Below are positions 32,157 through 41,740 of a DNA stretch of 64,000 nt, in pieces. The notes below the pieces were generated by a model, which was given only the letters and a program-made list of their open reading frames with translations, had not been told where the DNA came from and searched no databases. Positions within the stretch are counted from its first letter, which is position 1. Each line of letters starts with the position of its first letter. Made by a program: the position numbers and the translations under genes. The DNA is from Candidatus Gastranaerophilales bacterium (GTDB taxonomy: Bacteria; Cyanobacteriota; Vampirovibrionia; Gastranaerophilales; JANQFW01): NCBI GenBank assembly GCA_028280605.1, contig JANQLL010000185.1, positions 1,567 through 65,566 of the forward strand, in the 5' to 3' direction.

Positions 32157-33489
32157 AATCTTTAAATACTTTTCCTCGTTCTTCAAAGTTTTTAAACATA
32201 TCAAAGCTTGCACATGCCGGAGAAAACAAAACCGGTGCCAAGTTCAGACTTCCTGCACGATCTATAGCTTCTTCCAATGAGTTTACTTTATATATATTTT
32301 GGTAATTAGCTTTTTTCATTTCTATTTCAAATCTTTCAGTGGCCTGCCCTATTAATACAACGGACTTAGCTGATATTTTTATATTTTGAACAAATTCATC
32401 AAGGCTGGTTCCCTTATCTTTGCCTCCGGCAATTAATACACAGCCTTTATCTTTAAATGCTTTTAACGCTACAATAGCAGAGTCACAATTAGTAGCTTTA
32501 GAATCATTATAATAATCAATTCCATCAATTGTATCAACATACTCAAGCCTGTGCTCTGGGAGCTTAAAAGAAATTATAGTATTTTTAATAACATCTTTAT
32601 CTATCTTTAAAATACATGCAATAGCCACCGCAGCCATGATATTTTGTAAATTATGATCACCAGGTATTGTAATTTCTTCAAGCGATATTATTTCTTGTTT
32701 TTTATTATCTATATTGCTAAAAATCTTCTTATCTTTTATAAATACAGAATTATTATTCAATTCATTACCAAAATAAAGAATATTTTTAAATATTTTTTTA
32801 TCAATATTTTTAACATTAGGTTCCTTTGCATTCAAAACAGAATGTAAAGGTTGATTATCACCTGTAAACAAAGATTCTTTAGCTTTAAAATATTCTTCTT
32901 TACTACCATGCCAATCTATATGGTCAGGAGAATAATTTAAAAATAAAGCGACTTCAGGTCTAAAAAATTGACTTGTATCTATCTGATAAGAGCTAACCTC
33001 TACTACAAAATAATCAATATCAGTATTCAAAAGAGAAGTAACAGGAAGACCAATATTACCACATGCCGGAGCATTAAGCCCTGCGTTTGTTAAAATCTCA
33101 GAAACCAACTTTGTTGTAGTTGACTTGCCATTTGTGCCTGTGATTGCAATAAAAGGCTTGTCAGATTCTAAAAAAGCAACATCAACTTCGCTGATAATTT
33201 CAATGTTATTTTCTTTTATCAGTTGTTTCACAGGCGCATGAGGCGGTATTCCGGGGCTGGTAATTATAATATCAGCGTTTAATATTGTTTCATTTTTGTG
33301 GTCACCGATTTCTAGTTTTATCCCTAATCTTATAAGCTCGTTTAATTCTTCACTGCTGTATGATGTTTCTGCGTTGTATTCACTAATTATACAACTGCAC
33401 CCTATACTGTTTAGATACTTAGCACAGGATATCCCACTTTTTGAAAGCCCTAAGGTAGTTATATTTTTATTTTTAAAATAATTTTTCAT
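32125..33489 (-). CDS. murD: UDP-N-acetylmuramoylalanine-D-glutamate ligase MurD
   Basis: GTNGKSTT P-loop, Mur ligase architecture. Confidence 0.9.
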   Translation of the reverse strand: MKNYFKNKNITTLGLSKSGISCAKYLNSIGCSCIISEYNAETSYSSEELNELIRLGIKLEIGDHKNETILNADIIITSPGIPPHAPVKQLIKENNIEIISEVDVAFLESDKPFIAITGTNGKSTTTKLVSEILTNAGLNAPACGNIGLPVTSLLNTDIDYFVVEVSSYQIDTSQFFRPEVALFLNYSPDHIDWHGSKEEYFKAKESLFTGDNQPLHSVLNAKEPNVKNIDKKIFKNILYFGNELNNNSVFIKDKKIFSNIDNKKQEIISLEEITIPGDHNLQNIMAAVAIACILKIDKDVIKNTIISFKLPEHRLEYVDTIDGIDYYNDSKATNCDSAIVALKAFKDKGCVLIAGGKDKGTSLDEFVQNIKISAKSVVLIGQATERFEIEMKKANYQNIYKVNSLEEAIDRAGSLNLAPVLFSPACASFDMFKNFEERGKVFKDYVSAKKNSKQ

Positions 33490-33500
33490 TTTTTTTTAAC

Positions 33501-34460
33501 CTAAATTATATAGAATTTAATCATACAAGCCACAAAGGCAAATAAAGCACCTACCAACCAAAAGGAATAAACAACTTTTTTTTCTGACCAGCCGCAAAGC
33601 TCAAAGTGATGATGTAAAGGACTCATTTTAAATATTCTTTTTCCGGTGGTTTTAAAGCTTATAACCTGTAAAATAACAGATAAAGTTTCTGCGACAAATA
33701 CAGCGCCGATTAAGACCAGCAATAATTCAATTTTACCTACTACTGCAAGAGTTCCTATTACTCCACCAAGCCCAAGGCTGCCTGTATCACCCATAAATAT
33801 TTGAGCCGGATTTTTGTTAAACCTAAGAAAACCCAAGCAGGCTCCCATCACGGCTACAGAAATAACAGCGAATTCATACCTGCCGCTTAATATAAATATT
33901 AAAGCCATTGCAACCAAAGCAATTGACGTAGTACCCGTTGCAAGACCATCGAGTCCGTCCGTTAAGTTAACAGCATTAGATGTGCCAACTATAATAAATG
34001 CAGCAAAAAACGGATATAAAAAACCTAAATTTAAAGAGTAACCCAAAATATCAATATAAGACTGGCCTGTAAATGTTACATACAAGGCAGGTATCAATGC
34101 TACGGCAAATTGCAACATAAGCTTGCCTTTAGCGCTTAAACCCTTATTTTGCTTATTTTTTATTTTGTCATGATCGTCTTTAAGACCAATTAGTGAAAAA
34201 AACAGAAACGACATCAGTACAATATGTGAGTATAATGTAACTGTTTTAAGCATAAACAGACCTGCAGATGCTGCAATAAATGAGCATAAAACAATCAATA
34301 TTCCGCCGCCTGTTGGTGTGCCTGCTTTTTTTTGATGAGAAGCCGGCCCTTCTTCTCTTATATATTGTCCGTACAGATTTTTTTTTAAAATATTCAAAAA
34401 CGGTTTACCTGCTAACAAAACCAATATCAGAGATACTAAACAGGTTACTATAATATACAC
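33501..34460 (-). CDS. mraY: Phospho-N-acetylmuramoyl-pentapeptide transferase MraY
   Basis: NAVNLTDGLDGLA and HHHFE motifs. Confidence 0.95.
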   Translation of the reverse strand: MYIIVTCLVSLILVLLAGKPFLNILKKNLYGQYIREEGPASHQKKAGTPTGGGILIVLCSFIAASAGLFMLKTVTLYSHIVLMSFLFFSLIGLKDDHDKIKNKQNKGLSAKGKLMLQFAVALIPALYVTFTGQSYIDILGYSLNLGFLYPFFAAFIIVGTSNAVNLTDGLDGLATGTTSIALVAMALIFILSGRYEFAVISVAVMGACLGFLRFNKNPAQIFMGDTGSLGLGGVIGTLAVVGKIELLLVLIGAVFVAETLSVILQVISFKTTGKRIFKMSPLHHHFELCGWSEKKVVYSFWLVGALFAFVACMIKFYII

Positions 34461-34489
34461 GACAACACTCCTACCCGCATAAACACTAT

Positions 34490-35836
34490 TTATAACTCAT
34501 CAATTATTTTCTCAAGCTGCATAGATCTTGATGCTTTAAATAACACAACCGTGTTATCTTTTAAATTCTCTTTTAAGTATTTTACTATCATTATATGTTG
34601 ATTAAAAGAATTTGTTTTAATTTTTTCATTTTTGATACAATCCGTAATTAATTTAGCTTTATCACCAATGGTTATTACATCACTAACAGGGAGATTGTTT
34701 ATAAACTCCCCTATACTGGCGTGGTATTCATCTGCATTTTCACCAAGCTCTGCCATATCGCCAAGTACAAGCTGGACGTTTTTACCTTTATGAATATCGA
34801 TAACAGCTTTTATCGCTGCTTTCATAGAGTCAGGATTTGCGTTGTAAGCATCATTAATTAATTTTATATTATTTTTATAGTCAAATTCTTTCCAACGCCG
34901 CCCCACAGTTTGGTAATTTTTAAGTCCATTGTTTATCTGATCAGGAGTCAATCCGCAAATTAAACCTGCTTCTATTGCAAATAAGACATTTTGTACGTTA
35001 TATTCTCCGCCAGTAGGTATCTGATAAGTATTATCCTTGTATCTAAATATGGTTTTATCTTTTTCCATATTCAAAATTTCATAGTCGTCCACCGGTAAAA
35101 AATTGCCACCCCAACTTTCAATCGTATTTCTTACGGGATCTGCATTTCTGTATATCAAATACGCATTTTCTTTAGCATATTTTATTATTTCACACTTGGC
35201 TTTTGCAATATTTTCTACTGTTTTTAACCTGCCAATATGGGCAGTTCCTATATTGGTTATTATAGAAATATCAGGCTGTGCGTATTTAGAAAGCAATTCT
35301 ATTTCGCCCAATCCTCTCATACCCATTTCCAGTACAAGATATTCTGTAGCTTCAGACATGTTTAATAATGTCTGGCATAATCCTATTTCATTATTATGAT
35401 TAAGCAAAGACTTGTGAGTTTTAAAATTCTGCGCAAATACAGAATAGATCATTTCCTTTGTTGTCGTTTTACCAGAGCTGCCAGTTATAGATATAACAAA
35501 TGGATTAACTTTTTGCCTATAATAGCTAGCAAGCTTTAAATAAGCTTCTAAAGTATCATTAACTTCTATTAAAACATCAAAAGCATCTTTTATATCCTGA
35601 GTAATTTTATGTTTTGCACTTTTTGCAACAAACCCACACTTGCACCCCTTTGCTAAAGCCTTATCAAAAAAGTCATGCCCATCAAACCTTTCACCGATTA
35701 TGGGTAAAAATACATTTTCAGAATTTATTGTCCTTGTATCTGTTGATATTTTGTACACGCTAGACAGGTTGTTAGCGACTAGCAATGTGCCTTGCGTTAT
35801 TTCTTTTAATTGTTTTGTACAAAACTTCATGTTCAT
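34490..35836 (-). CDS. murF: UDP-MurNAc-tripeptide-D-Ala-D-Ala ligase MurF
   Basis: TGSSGKTTTKEM P-loop, Mur ligase C-domain. Confidence 0.9.
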   Translation of the reverse strand: MNMKFCTKQLKEITQGTLLVANNLSSVYKISTDTRTINSENVFLPIIGERFDGHDFFDKALAKGCKCGFVAKSAKHKITQDIKDAFDVLIEVNDTLEAYLKLASYYRQKVNPFVISITGSSGKTTTKEMIYSVFAQNFKTHKSLLNHNNEIGLCQTLLNMSEATEYLVLEMGMRGLGEIELLSKYAQPDISIITNIGTAHIGRLKTVENIAKAKCEIIKYAKENAYLIYRNADPVRNTIESWGGNFLPVDDYEILNMEKDKTIFRYKDNTYQIPTGGEYNVQNVLFAIEAGLICGLTPDQINNGLKNYQTVGRRWKEFDYKNNIKLINDAYNANPDSMKAAIKAVIDIHKGKNVQLVLGDMAELGENADEYHASIGEFINNLPVSDVITIGDKAKLITDCIKNEKIKTNSFNQHIMIVKYLKENLKDNTVVLFKASRSMQLEKIIDEL

Positions 35837-36144
35837 ACCCTTTTAGACTGTCTGTTTTACTCTTTTATATTGTTTTATGGTACGTTTCTATATTATTTTT
35901 ATTATTTCATATAATTTTTTAAAATAAAAAAAATAAAAATATGAAATAATAAACCTTATTATAGCCATCCATCTATATAATAATACAGAAAAAGAACTTT
36001 TTATCATATCCCTAAATTTAAAATATAGATTCACGAATTATAATTATATATTATAATTATGAGTAGTTAAATTTAAAAAAGTGTTGAAGATCACCATATC
36101 GAGTGGAGGAGTACTCTAGAGACAGCATAAAAAGGGTGGAGTTT

Positions 36145-36834
36145 ATGAAAAAAATTTTATCACTATTTTTTCTTTTGTCCGTACTGATAACACCAGTTTG
36201 GGCGGAAGATATTAACTTTAAATCACATAAAAGAAAGAGAAATTTACTTTTTACAAGAAACTTTCCAAAAGCCTACAAGCCAACCAGAATAATTTTAGGC
36301 CAAAAAAACAAATTTTTAGTGCAAGCACAAGCTGGAAGTTATGTATCTCTGGCAACTTCATTTAAAAACAAGGGTGCGGACTTGTTCTACGGAAAAAAAC
36401 TCAGACTGGGAGAAGACCTTAAGACAACTGAAGGAATAGTCCCGGCAAAGGGAGTGATAGAGTTAGAGCTGGAAATTCCTGAAGAAAAAGAACTTGCTGG
36501 AAAAATGTTATTTTTTGAAGTTGCAGTATGGAAAAATCCTGATTTTAGTGATTTAAAACTTGCTAAAATAATGGCACCTAACGGAAGAGAATCCAGAAAT
36601 AATGCAGTTGTAATGATACCTCCAGAGAAAAAGTCTAAAATTCCATTGCTGGGACCTGCATTACCGGGCACAAATACAGACTTTTTAAGAACTATAAATA
36701 CAGTTAACCAGATGAGTGAAGGCCAGCCTGAAGCATACGATGGAGCTGTTGAGAACAGTATGTTCTATAATAATCAGGCACCTTTAATGTTAAGAAATTT
36801 AAGAGATCCTAGCATTGACGAAAAGAAAAAGTAA
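36145..36834 (+). CDS. Hypothetical secreted protein
   Basis: ATG at 36145 with SD GGTGGAG. Signal peptide MKKILSLFFLLSVLITPVWA. Confidence 0.5.
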   Translation: MKKILSLFFLLSVLITPVWAEDINFKSHKRKRNLLFTRNFPKAYKPTRIILGQKNKFLVQAQAGSYVSLATSFKNKGADLFYGKKLRLGEDLKTTEGIVPAKGVIELELEIPEEKELAGKMLFFEVAVWKNPDFSDLKLAKIMAPNGRESRNNAVVMIPPEKKSKIPLLGPALPGTNTDFLRTINTVNQMSEGQPEAYDGAVENSMFYNNQAPLMLRNLRDPSIDEKKK

Positions 36835-38311
36835 TATTCTGGTTATTCCGCTGGATAACCGTCCTGTTTGTTACTTATTACCGTTGCAAATAGCGCAAAT
36901 AAACAAAAATATAAACATATTAATGCCTCCAAGAGAGATACTGGGAGGCTTAAACCATAATGCAAATATCAATAAAATACTAAATTGGATCAAATCCATA
37001 GATATTAATATTGATACTATTATATGCGCTCTGGATACAATTGCATACGGAGGTTTAATATCTTCTAGGAGGGTAAATAAAGATCAGGATCAAATTTTAT
37101 CAGATTTAGAATCTTATATTTATGAATTTAAAAATAATAAAATTTTTAAAGATGCTGAAACATATGCTTTTAGTAGCATAATGAGAATATCTGACAGTAA
37201 TATTAATGAAGAAGAGAAGCTTTACTGGGATAAATACGGAAGATTAATCTTTAATTATTCAGTTGCATATCATAAGTTCATTAAAAATCAGATTAATAAA
37301 CAAGAACTGGAGCTTATTAAAAGCCAAATACCCGAAGATATTTTAAAAGATTATTTAAATACACGTGAGCGTAATTTTTTAATTAATAAAAAATATTTAA
37401 ACTTACTGGAAACAGGTAGTTTTGATGAATTGATTTTTTCTAAAGACGACACAGTACAAATGGGTTTAAATATTATAGAAGCTGAAGAAATAAATAACTT
37501 GATAAAAAATAAAAACTTATCTAATCACAGTAAAATCCATACAGGTACAGATGAAATAATATCTTCTTTGCTTGTTAGATCTATTATTAAAGAAAATAAC
37601 GATAAAATATGTATTTATCCCATTTATTCTACTGATAATGGAAGTAATATTGTCTCAAGATACGAAGATAAAACAATATCACAAACTATTGTAAGTCATA
37701 TAAGTCTTACCGGAGCAGAAGTATCTGACAATCAAGATGGCGCTGATTTAATGCTATTAGTACACACACCTGAGCATGAACAAAATGACCATGCTTTAAA
37801 TATATATAAAGAGCATACATCACCTAAAACCATAGAATTTTGTATTGAAACAATTAAAAATTCTGATAAACTGATTATTCTGGCGGACATTGCTTATGCT
37901 AACGGGTCTGATAATCTTCTTATCGAAGAATTATTAAATAAAAATAATGATTATTTAACAAAAGTCATAGGCTATGCAGGCTGGAATACAACAGGAAATA
38001 CATTAGGTAGTGTAATTTCTATGGGATTAAATGCATACATTGCACAGAAATATTGCAATTTTAATGAGCAAGAATTTAAAAAAATACTAACTATAAGGCT
38101 TGTTGACGACTGGGCATATCAAGCCAATTGCAGGCAAATAATAAGGAAGAATCAACAAAATTCGAATCAAGAAACCTTAAGGAATTGCCTAGAACCTTAT
38201 ATTCAAAAAATACAGAAAAAAACATATTTACCTCTTAACGAGATAGAGGTAAAATTACCGTGGGGCAGAACATTTGAAATTGAAGTTCAGCCCAAATCAA
38301 TTCATGAGTAA
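36815..38311 (+). CDS. DUF4127-family protein
   Basis: N-terminal IPLDNRPVCY signature of DUF4127, 498 aa, TTG start. Confidence 0.7.
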   Translation: MTKRKSNILVIPLDNRPVCYLLPLQIAQINKNINILMPPREILGGLNHNANINKILNWIKSIDINIDTIICALDTIAYGGLISSRRVNKDQDQILSDLESYIYEFKNNKIFKDAETYAFSSIMRISDSNINEEEKLYWDKYGRLIFNYSVAYHKFIKNQINKQELELIKSQIPEDILKDYLNTRERNFLINKKYLNLLETGSFDELIFSKDDTVQMGLNIIEAEEINNLIKNKNLSNHSKIHTGTDEIISSLLVRSIIKENNDKICIYPIYSTDNGSNIVSRYEDKTISQTIVSHISLTGAEVSDNQDGADLMLLVHTPEHEQNDHALNIYKEHTSPKTIEFCIETIKNSDKLIILADIAYANGSDNLLIEELLNKNNDYLTKVIGYAGWNTTGNTLGSVISMGLNAYIAQKYCNFNEQEFKKILTIRLVDDWAYQANCRQIIRKNQQNSNQETLRNCLEPYIQKIQKKTYLPLNEIEVKLPWGRTFEIEVQPKSIHE

Positions 38312-38321
38312 GATAGGATAT

Positions 38322-39548
38322 ATGCAATTTACTTTACTGGAAAAAACTTTTGTCTCATTGAGAAACACAAACTTTAGACTATTCTTTACAGGGCAGTCAA
38401 TATCTTTATTAGGTTTTTGGGTACAACAAACTGCATTAAGCTGGTTAATCTATGACTTAACAGGCTCAAGGTTTTTGCTTGGTTTTATTGCAGCTTTAAA
38501 TACATTTCCTTTGCTATTTTTATCTGCATTAGGGGGTGTTCTAGCAGACAGATACCCTAAAAGAATTATTTTGATTGGTACACAACTATTAGCTATGATT
38601 ATAGCTTTTATTTTAGCATTCTTAGCATATTTTAATTTACTAGAAATATGGCATATTATGTTAATAGCTGTTATTTCAGGCATTATCTTTGCTGTAGATT
38701 TACCTACAAAGCAAGCTTTTATGGTTGATATGGTGGGCAAAGATGATTTAAATAATGCAATAGCATTGAATTCCTCCATTGTAAATGCAGCAAGAATGAT
38801 CGGGCCAGCAATTGCCGGAGCATTAATGGTCAAATTTAATATGGGGATATGTTTTTTATCCAATGCATTAGCTATTGCGCCAATTTTAGTAGTGTTAGCC
38901 AGTATAAGGCTAGTGGGGGCTGAAGCTTGTCAGACCTCAGAATCTATAATGCATTCCTTCATGAACGGTTTTTCTTATGTACAAAAAAATAAAATTATTC
39001 TGCATCTGCTTTTATTAATGATGATTATGGGATTATTCGGTTCCGCTTATACAATATTACTTCCTGCTATTGCAAAAGACCTGTTAATGCAGCAAGAAAA
39101 AGGCTATGCAATGATGGTTTCCTTTAACGGAATCGGCTCATTGTTTGGAGCATTGTTTGTAGCGTATCTTGGAAACAGTAAAAAACGTAATTACTTTGTT
39201 TATATTGGCTTGCTAATATTTTGTATTTCAATTATACTACTTGCTTTAACAAAAAGTTATCATTTAGGCCTTATTTTGCTACCACTAACAGGTTTTGGAA
39301 TTGTTACATATTTTTCTACAACTAATACAATAATTCAATCAGGCATAGAAGACGAATATCGAGGAAGAGTTATGGGTATATCAACACTTGTATTCGGTGG
39401 AATGATACCCATTGGCAATTTATTAACCGGGCTTTCTGCTCAATATTTTGGTTTGTGTGAAACCTTAATAGGCTTTTCTGTTATTTGTATTTTCTTTAGT
39501 CTAATTTTAACTCTTATTTTTAAAAAGAATCAAATAGTTAAAAACTAA
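38322..39548 (+). CDS. MFS transporter
   Basis: About 12 TM helices, LADRYPKR loop motif. Start at 38322 or 38304; the longer ORF from 38274 overlaps the DUF4127 gene. Confidence 0.8.
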   Translation: MQFTLLEKTFVSLRNTNFRLFFTGQSISLLGFWVQQTALSWLIYDLTGSRFLLGFIAALNTFPLLFLSALGGVLADRYPKRIILIGTQLLAMIIAFILAFLAYFNLLEIWHIMLIAVISGIIFAVDLPTKQAFMVDMVGKDDLNNAIALNSSIVNAARMIGPAIAGALMVKFNMGICFLSNALAIAPILVVLASIRLVGAEACQTSESIMHSFMNGFSYVQKNKIILHLLLLMMIMGLFGSAYTILLPAIAKDLLMQQEKGYAMMVSFNGIGSLFGALFVAYLGNSKKRNYFVYIGLLIFCISIILLALTKSYHLGLILLPLTGFGIVTYFSTTNTIIQSGIEDEYRGRVMGISTLVFGGMIPIGNLLTGLSAQYFGLCETLIGFSVICIFFSLILTLIFKKNQIVKN

Positions 39549-39564
39549 TAAAAATAAAATATTT

Positions 39565-40932
39565 TTAATTTAACATTTTGCCACTTATAATAACTTTGTC
39601 TGGCTTATTAAAGTCTAAATGCAGAGTTTTATCTTGCTTTGCATATTTCCACATAGCTAAATCTGCAATGTTACCTCTTTTAATTTCACCATAGTTATTT
39701 ATCCCCAAGTTATCACATACATTTTTTGTTGCACATAATAAGCTATGCTTATAATTATTTTGATTTTTCTTAAGTATTACATTCAAAAAGCTCATACTTC
39801 CTGCAAAAACATTATCTGCATTAACTGCAACTTCTTTATTTTTATTAATTATTTTTTGTCTTCCAAAAGTCACAGAGTTAATATCAGCTTTGTTTAACGG
39901 AAGACTATCGCTTATAAATATAATTTTAGAAGAATCTTTAGCCTTAAATATTAAATCAATAATTTCTCTTTGCAGGTGATGCCCGTCTGCAATTACTTCA
40001 ACAAAGATATTATCATTTATCAAAGCCTCGGCGATTACCCCAGGGTTTCGATGATGCAAAGGAAGCATTGCATTAAAAAGATGTGTTACTTGTTTTAATC
40101 CGTTATCAGCAGCTAGCCTTATAATTTCGCTACTTGCAGATGTATGCCCTGCGGATGCAATAACATTACTATTTGCCAAATACTTAGTCAGCTCAAAGTT
40201 TTCGTCCAGTTCTGGAGCGTATGTTATTATTTTAATTTCAGGATCTTCTATTTTTTTATAATTATCAACCGTTGGCTTAAGCATACTTGAAGATGGATGT
40301 ATTCCTTTGTATTTTGAATTCAAAAAAGGACCTTCTAGGTTAATACCATCTATTTTAGCTGAACAGATTGGTACAATAGCCTTGGCCTGGTTTATTATTT
40401 TAATTTGCTCTTTAATTTCATCAATAGATGCAGTCATTATGGTGGGGTAATAAGTTGTTATGCCATACTTGACAATTTTTTGCGAAAACTCAATAATATC
40501 TTCTTCACTTGCATAGTTAAAATCCACCCCAAACCCACCATGGATATGTTGATCTATCAAACCTGGAGTTATAACCATATCTGTCGCATCTATTATATTA
40601 AAAGAATTTATTCCCTGCGGTAGCTCATCCGGCAAATCTTCAGAGGTGGCAAGTATTTTATCTTTGTATATCAACAAATTCTGTTTTGCGTACTGTTTAT
40701 TACTGCTAAAGACATAGCCATTAACAATAATCGTACAGCCTGAATTCTCTTTTACAAAGTTTTCATAAGAAAATTCACACTTCCCTAAAATTAGCAACGA
40801 TAAAATTACAGCCAAAATTTTATTATTTCCTTGCTCTTTCTGATAAATTTTCTTAAATTCATTTTTTAATTTTTTTGAATTCATTTGATTATTTTTTATA
40901 TTTTCTAATATTTTTTTTAAATTTTTATCCAT
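39565..40932 (-). CDS. nagA: N-acetylglucosamine-6-phosphate deacetylase family amidohydrolase
   Basis: DQHIHGGFGVDF and HLFNAM motifs. Unusual ~60-aa N-terminal extension with a hydrophobic segment. Confidence 0.8.
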   Translation of the reverse strand: MDKNLKKILENIKNNQMNSKKLKNEFKKIYQKEQGNNKILAVILSLLILGKCEFSYENFVKENSGCTIIVNGYVFSSNKQYAKQNLLIYKDKILATSEDLPDELPQGINSFNIIDATDMVITPGLIDQHIHGGFGVDFNYASEEDIIEFSQKIVKYGITTYYPTIMTASIDEIKEQIKIINQAKAIVPICSAKIDGINLEGPFLNSKYKGIHPSSSMLKPTVDNYKKIEDPEIKIITYAPELDENFELTKYLANSNVIASAGHTSASSEIIRLAADNGLKQVTHLFNAMLPLHHRNPGVIAEALINDNIFVEVIADGHHLQREIIDLIFKAKDSSKIIFISDSLPLNKADINSVTFGRQKIINKNKEVAVNADNVFAGSMSFLNVILKKNQNNYKHSLLCATKNVCDNLGINNYGEIKRGNIADLAMWKYAKQDKTLHLDFNKPDKVIISGKMLN

Positions 40933-41052
40933 TTTTTGTAATTTTTACCTTCAAATGCTTGTTGTACTTTAGTTTAGCTTATTTGTAACAATATTGTAAT
41001 AAATGCCCCTTCATGTGTTAGAAAAATACAAAATTTGGGAATAATACATATA

Positions 41053-41146
41053 GAAACGCAAGCAATCTTCCTTCAATCCTTCTCTCTCTAAATTCCTCTC
41101 TCTAATATGTTGTAGAGTTAACCGGCGAAAGTCGGGTTTTTTTTTG
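41053..41146 (+). ncRNA. Candidate CU-rich small RNA
   Basis: Putative promoter TTAGAA-N17-ATAATA (41018-41046), a G-free 46-nt CU-rich tract (41063-41108), and a GAAA-tetraloop hairpin plus T9 terminator (41121-41145). No ORF. Confidence 0.3.
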
Positions 41147-41234
41147 CATATTTTTTGTAGTTTACTTAATTCAAAATATTTTTGCGCTAGTATATATTAT
41201 ACTCTTCTTAAAAAATTTATGGAGATTTTAAGTT

Positions 41235-41609
41235 TTGAATAAAACTAAGCAGCAAAATTACTCAAAAGGTAAATACGGCGAACAACTTGCAAAAAAATAC
41301 TTGGAGAGTAAAGGATATAAAGTACTCGCGCAAAATTGGAGATACTCCAGATATGGTGAAATTGACATTATTTCATTGCATAAAAACGAATTAATATTTA
41401 TAGAGGTAAAAACAAGATCATCTGTAGATTATGGTAATCCTATTGAAGCGGTTGACGAAAGAAAAATAAATAAAATTCTAAAGTTGGCCGAGTGTTACAT
41501 TAATTTAAATCCTGAGTTAACTTTTAACGCTTGCAGATTTGATATTATTGGCGTTATTTTAAAGCCAACTGTACAAATAAACCACTACGAAAACACATAC
41601 CAATTTTAA
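41235..41609 (+). CDS. yraN: YraN-family (UPF0102) endonuclease-like protein
   Basis: 124 aa with YGEIDIISLHKNELIFIEVKTR core. TTG start. Confidence 0.8.
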   Translation: MNKTKQQNYSKGKYGEQLAKKYLESKGYKVLAQNWRYSRYGEIDIISLHKNELIFIEVKTRSSVDYGNPIEAVDERKINKILKLAECYINLNPELTFNACRFDIIGVILKPTVQINHYENTYQF

Positions 41610-41740
41610 AGACGCGGATGAAAAAATTGATTCAAATGATTAAGATTTATTTTTTGGCGGGCAATTATTTTTTTGATATGTTTTAAATAATATGGCTTTA
41701 AGCAGATACCATAATATAATCTTAAAAAGGTAAAGTTTTA

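Noticed and set aside
35881-36060. AT-rich low-complexity intergenic tracts inspected for CRISPR-like or tandem arrays
   Set aside because: They show no regularly spaced direct repeats with unique spacers. Only simple A/T runs and one inverted repeat are present, and the inverted repeat is reported separately.
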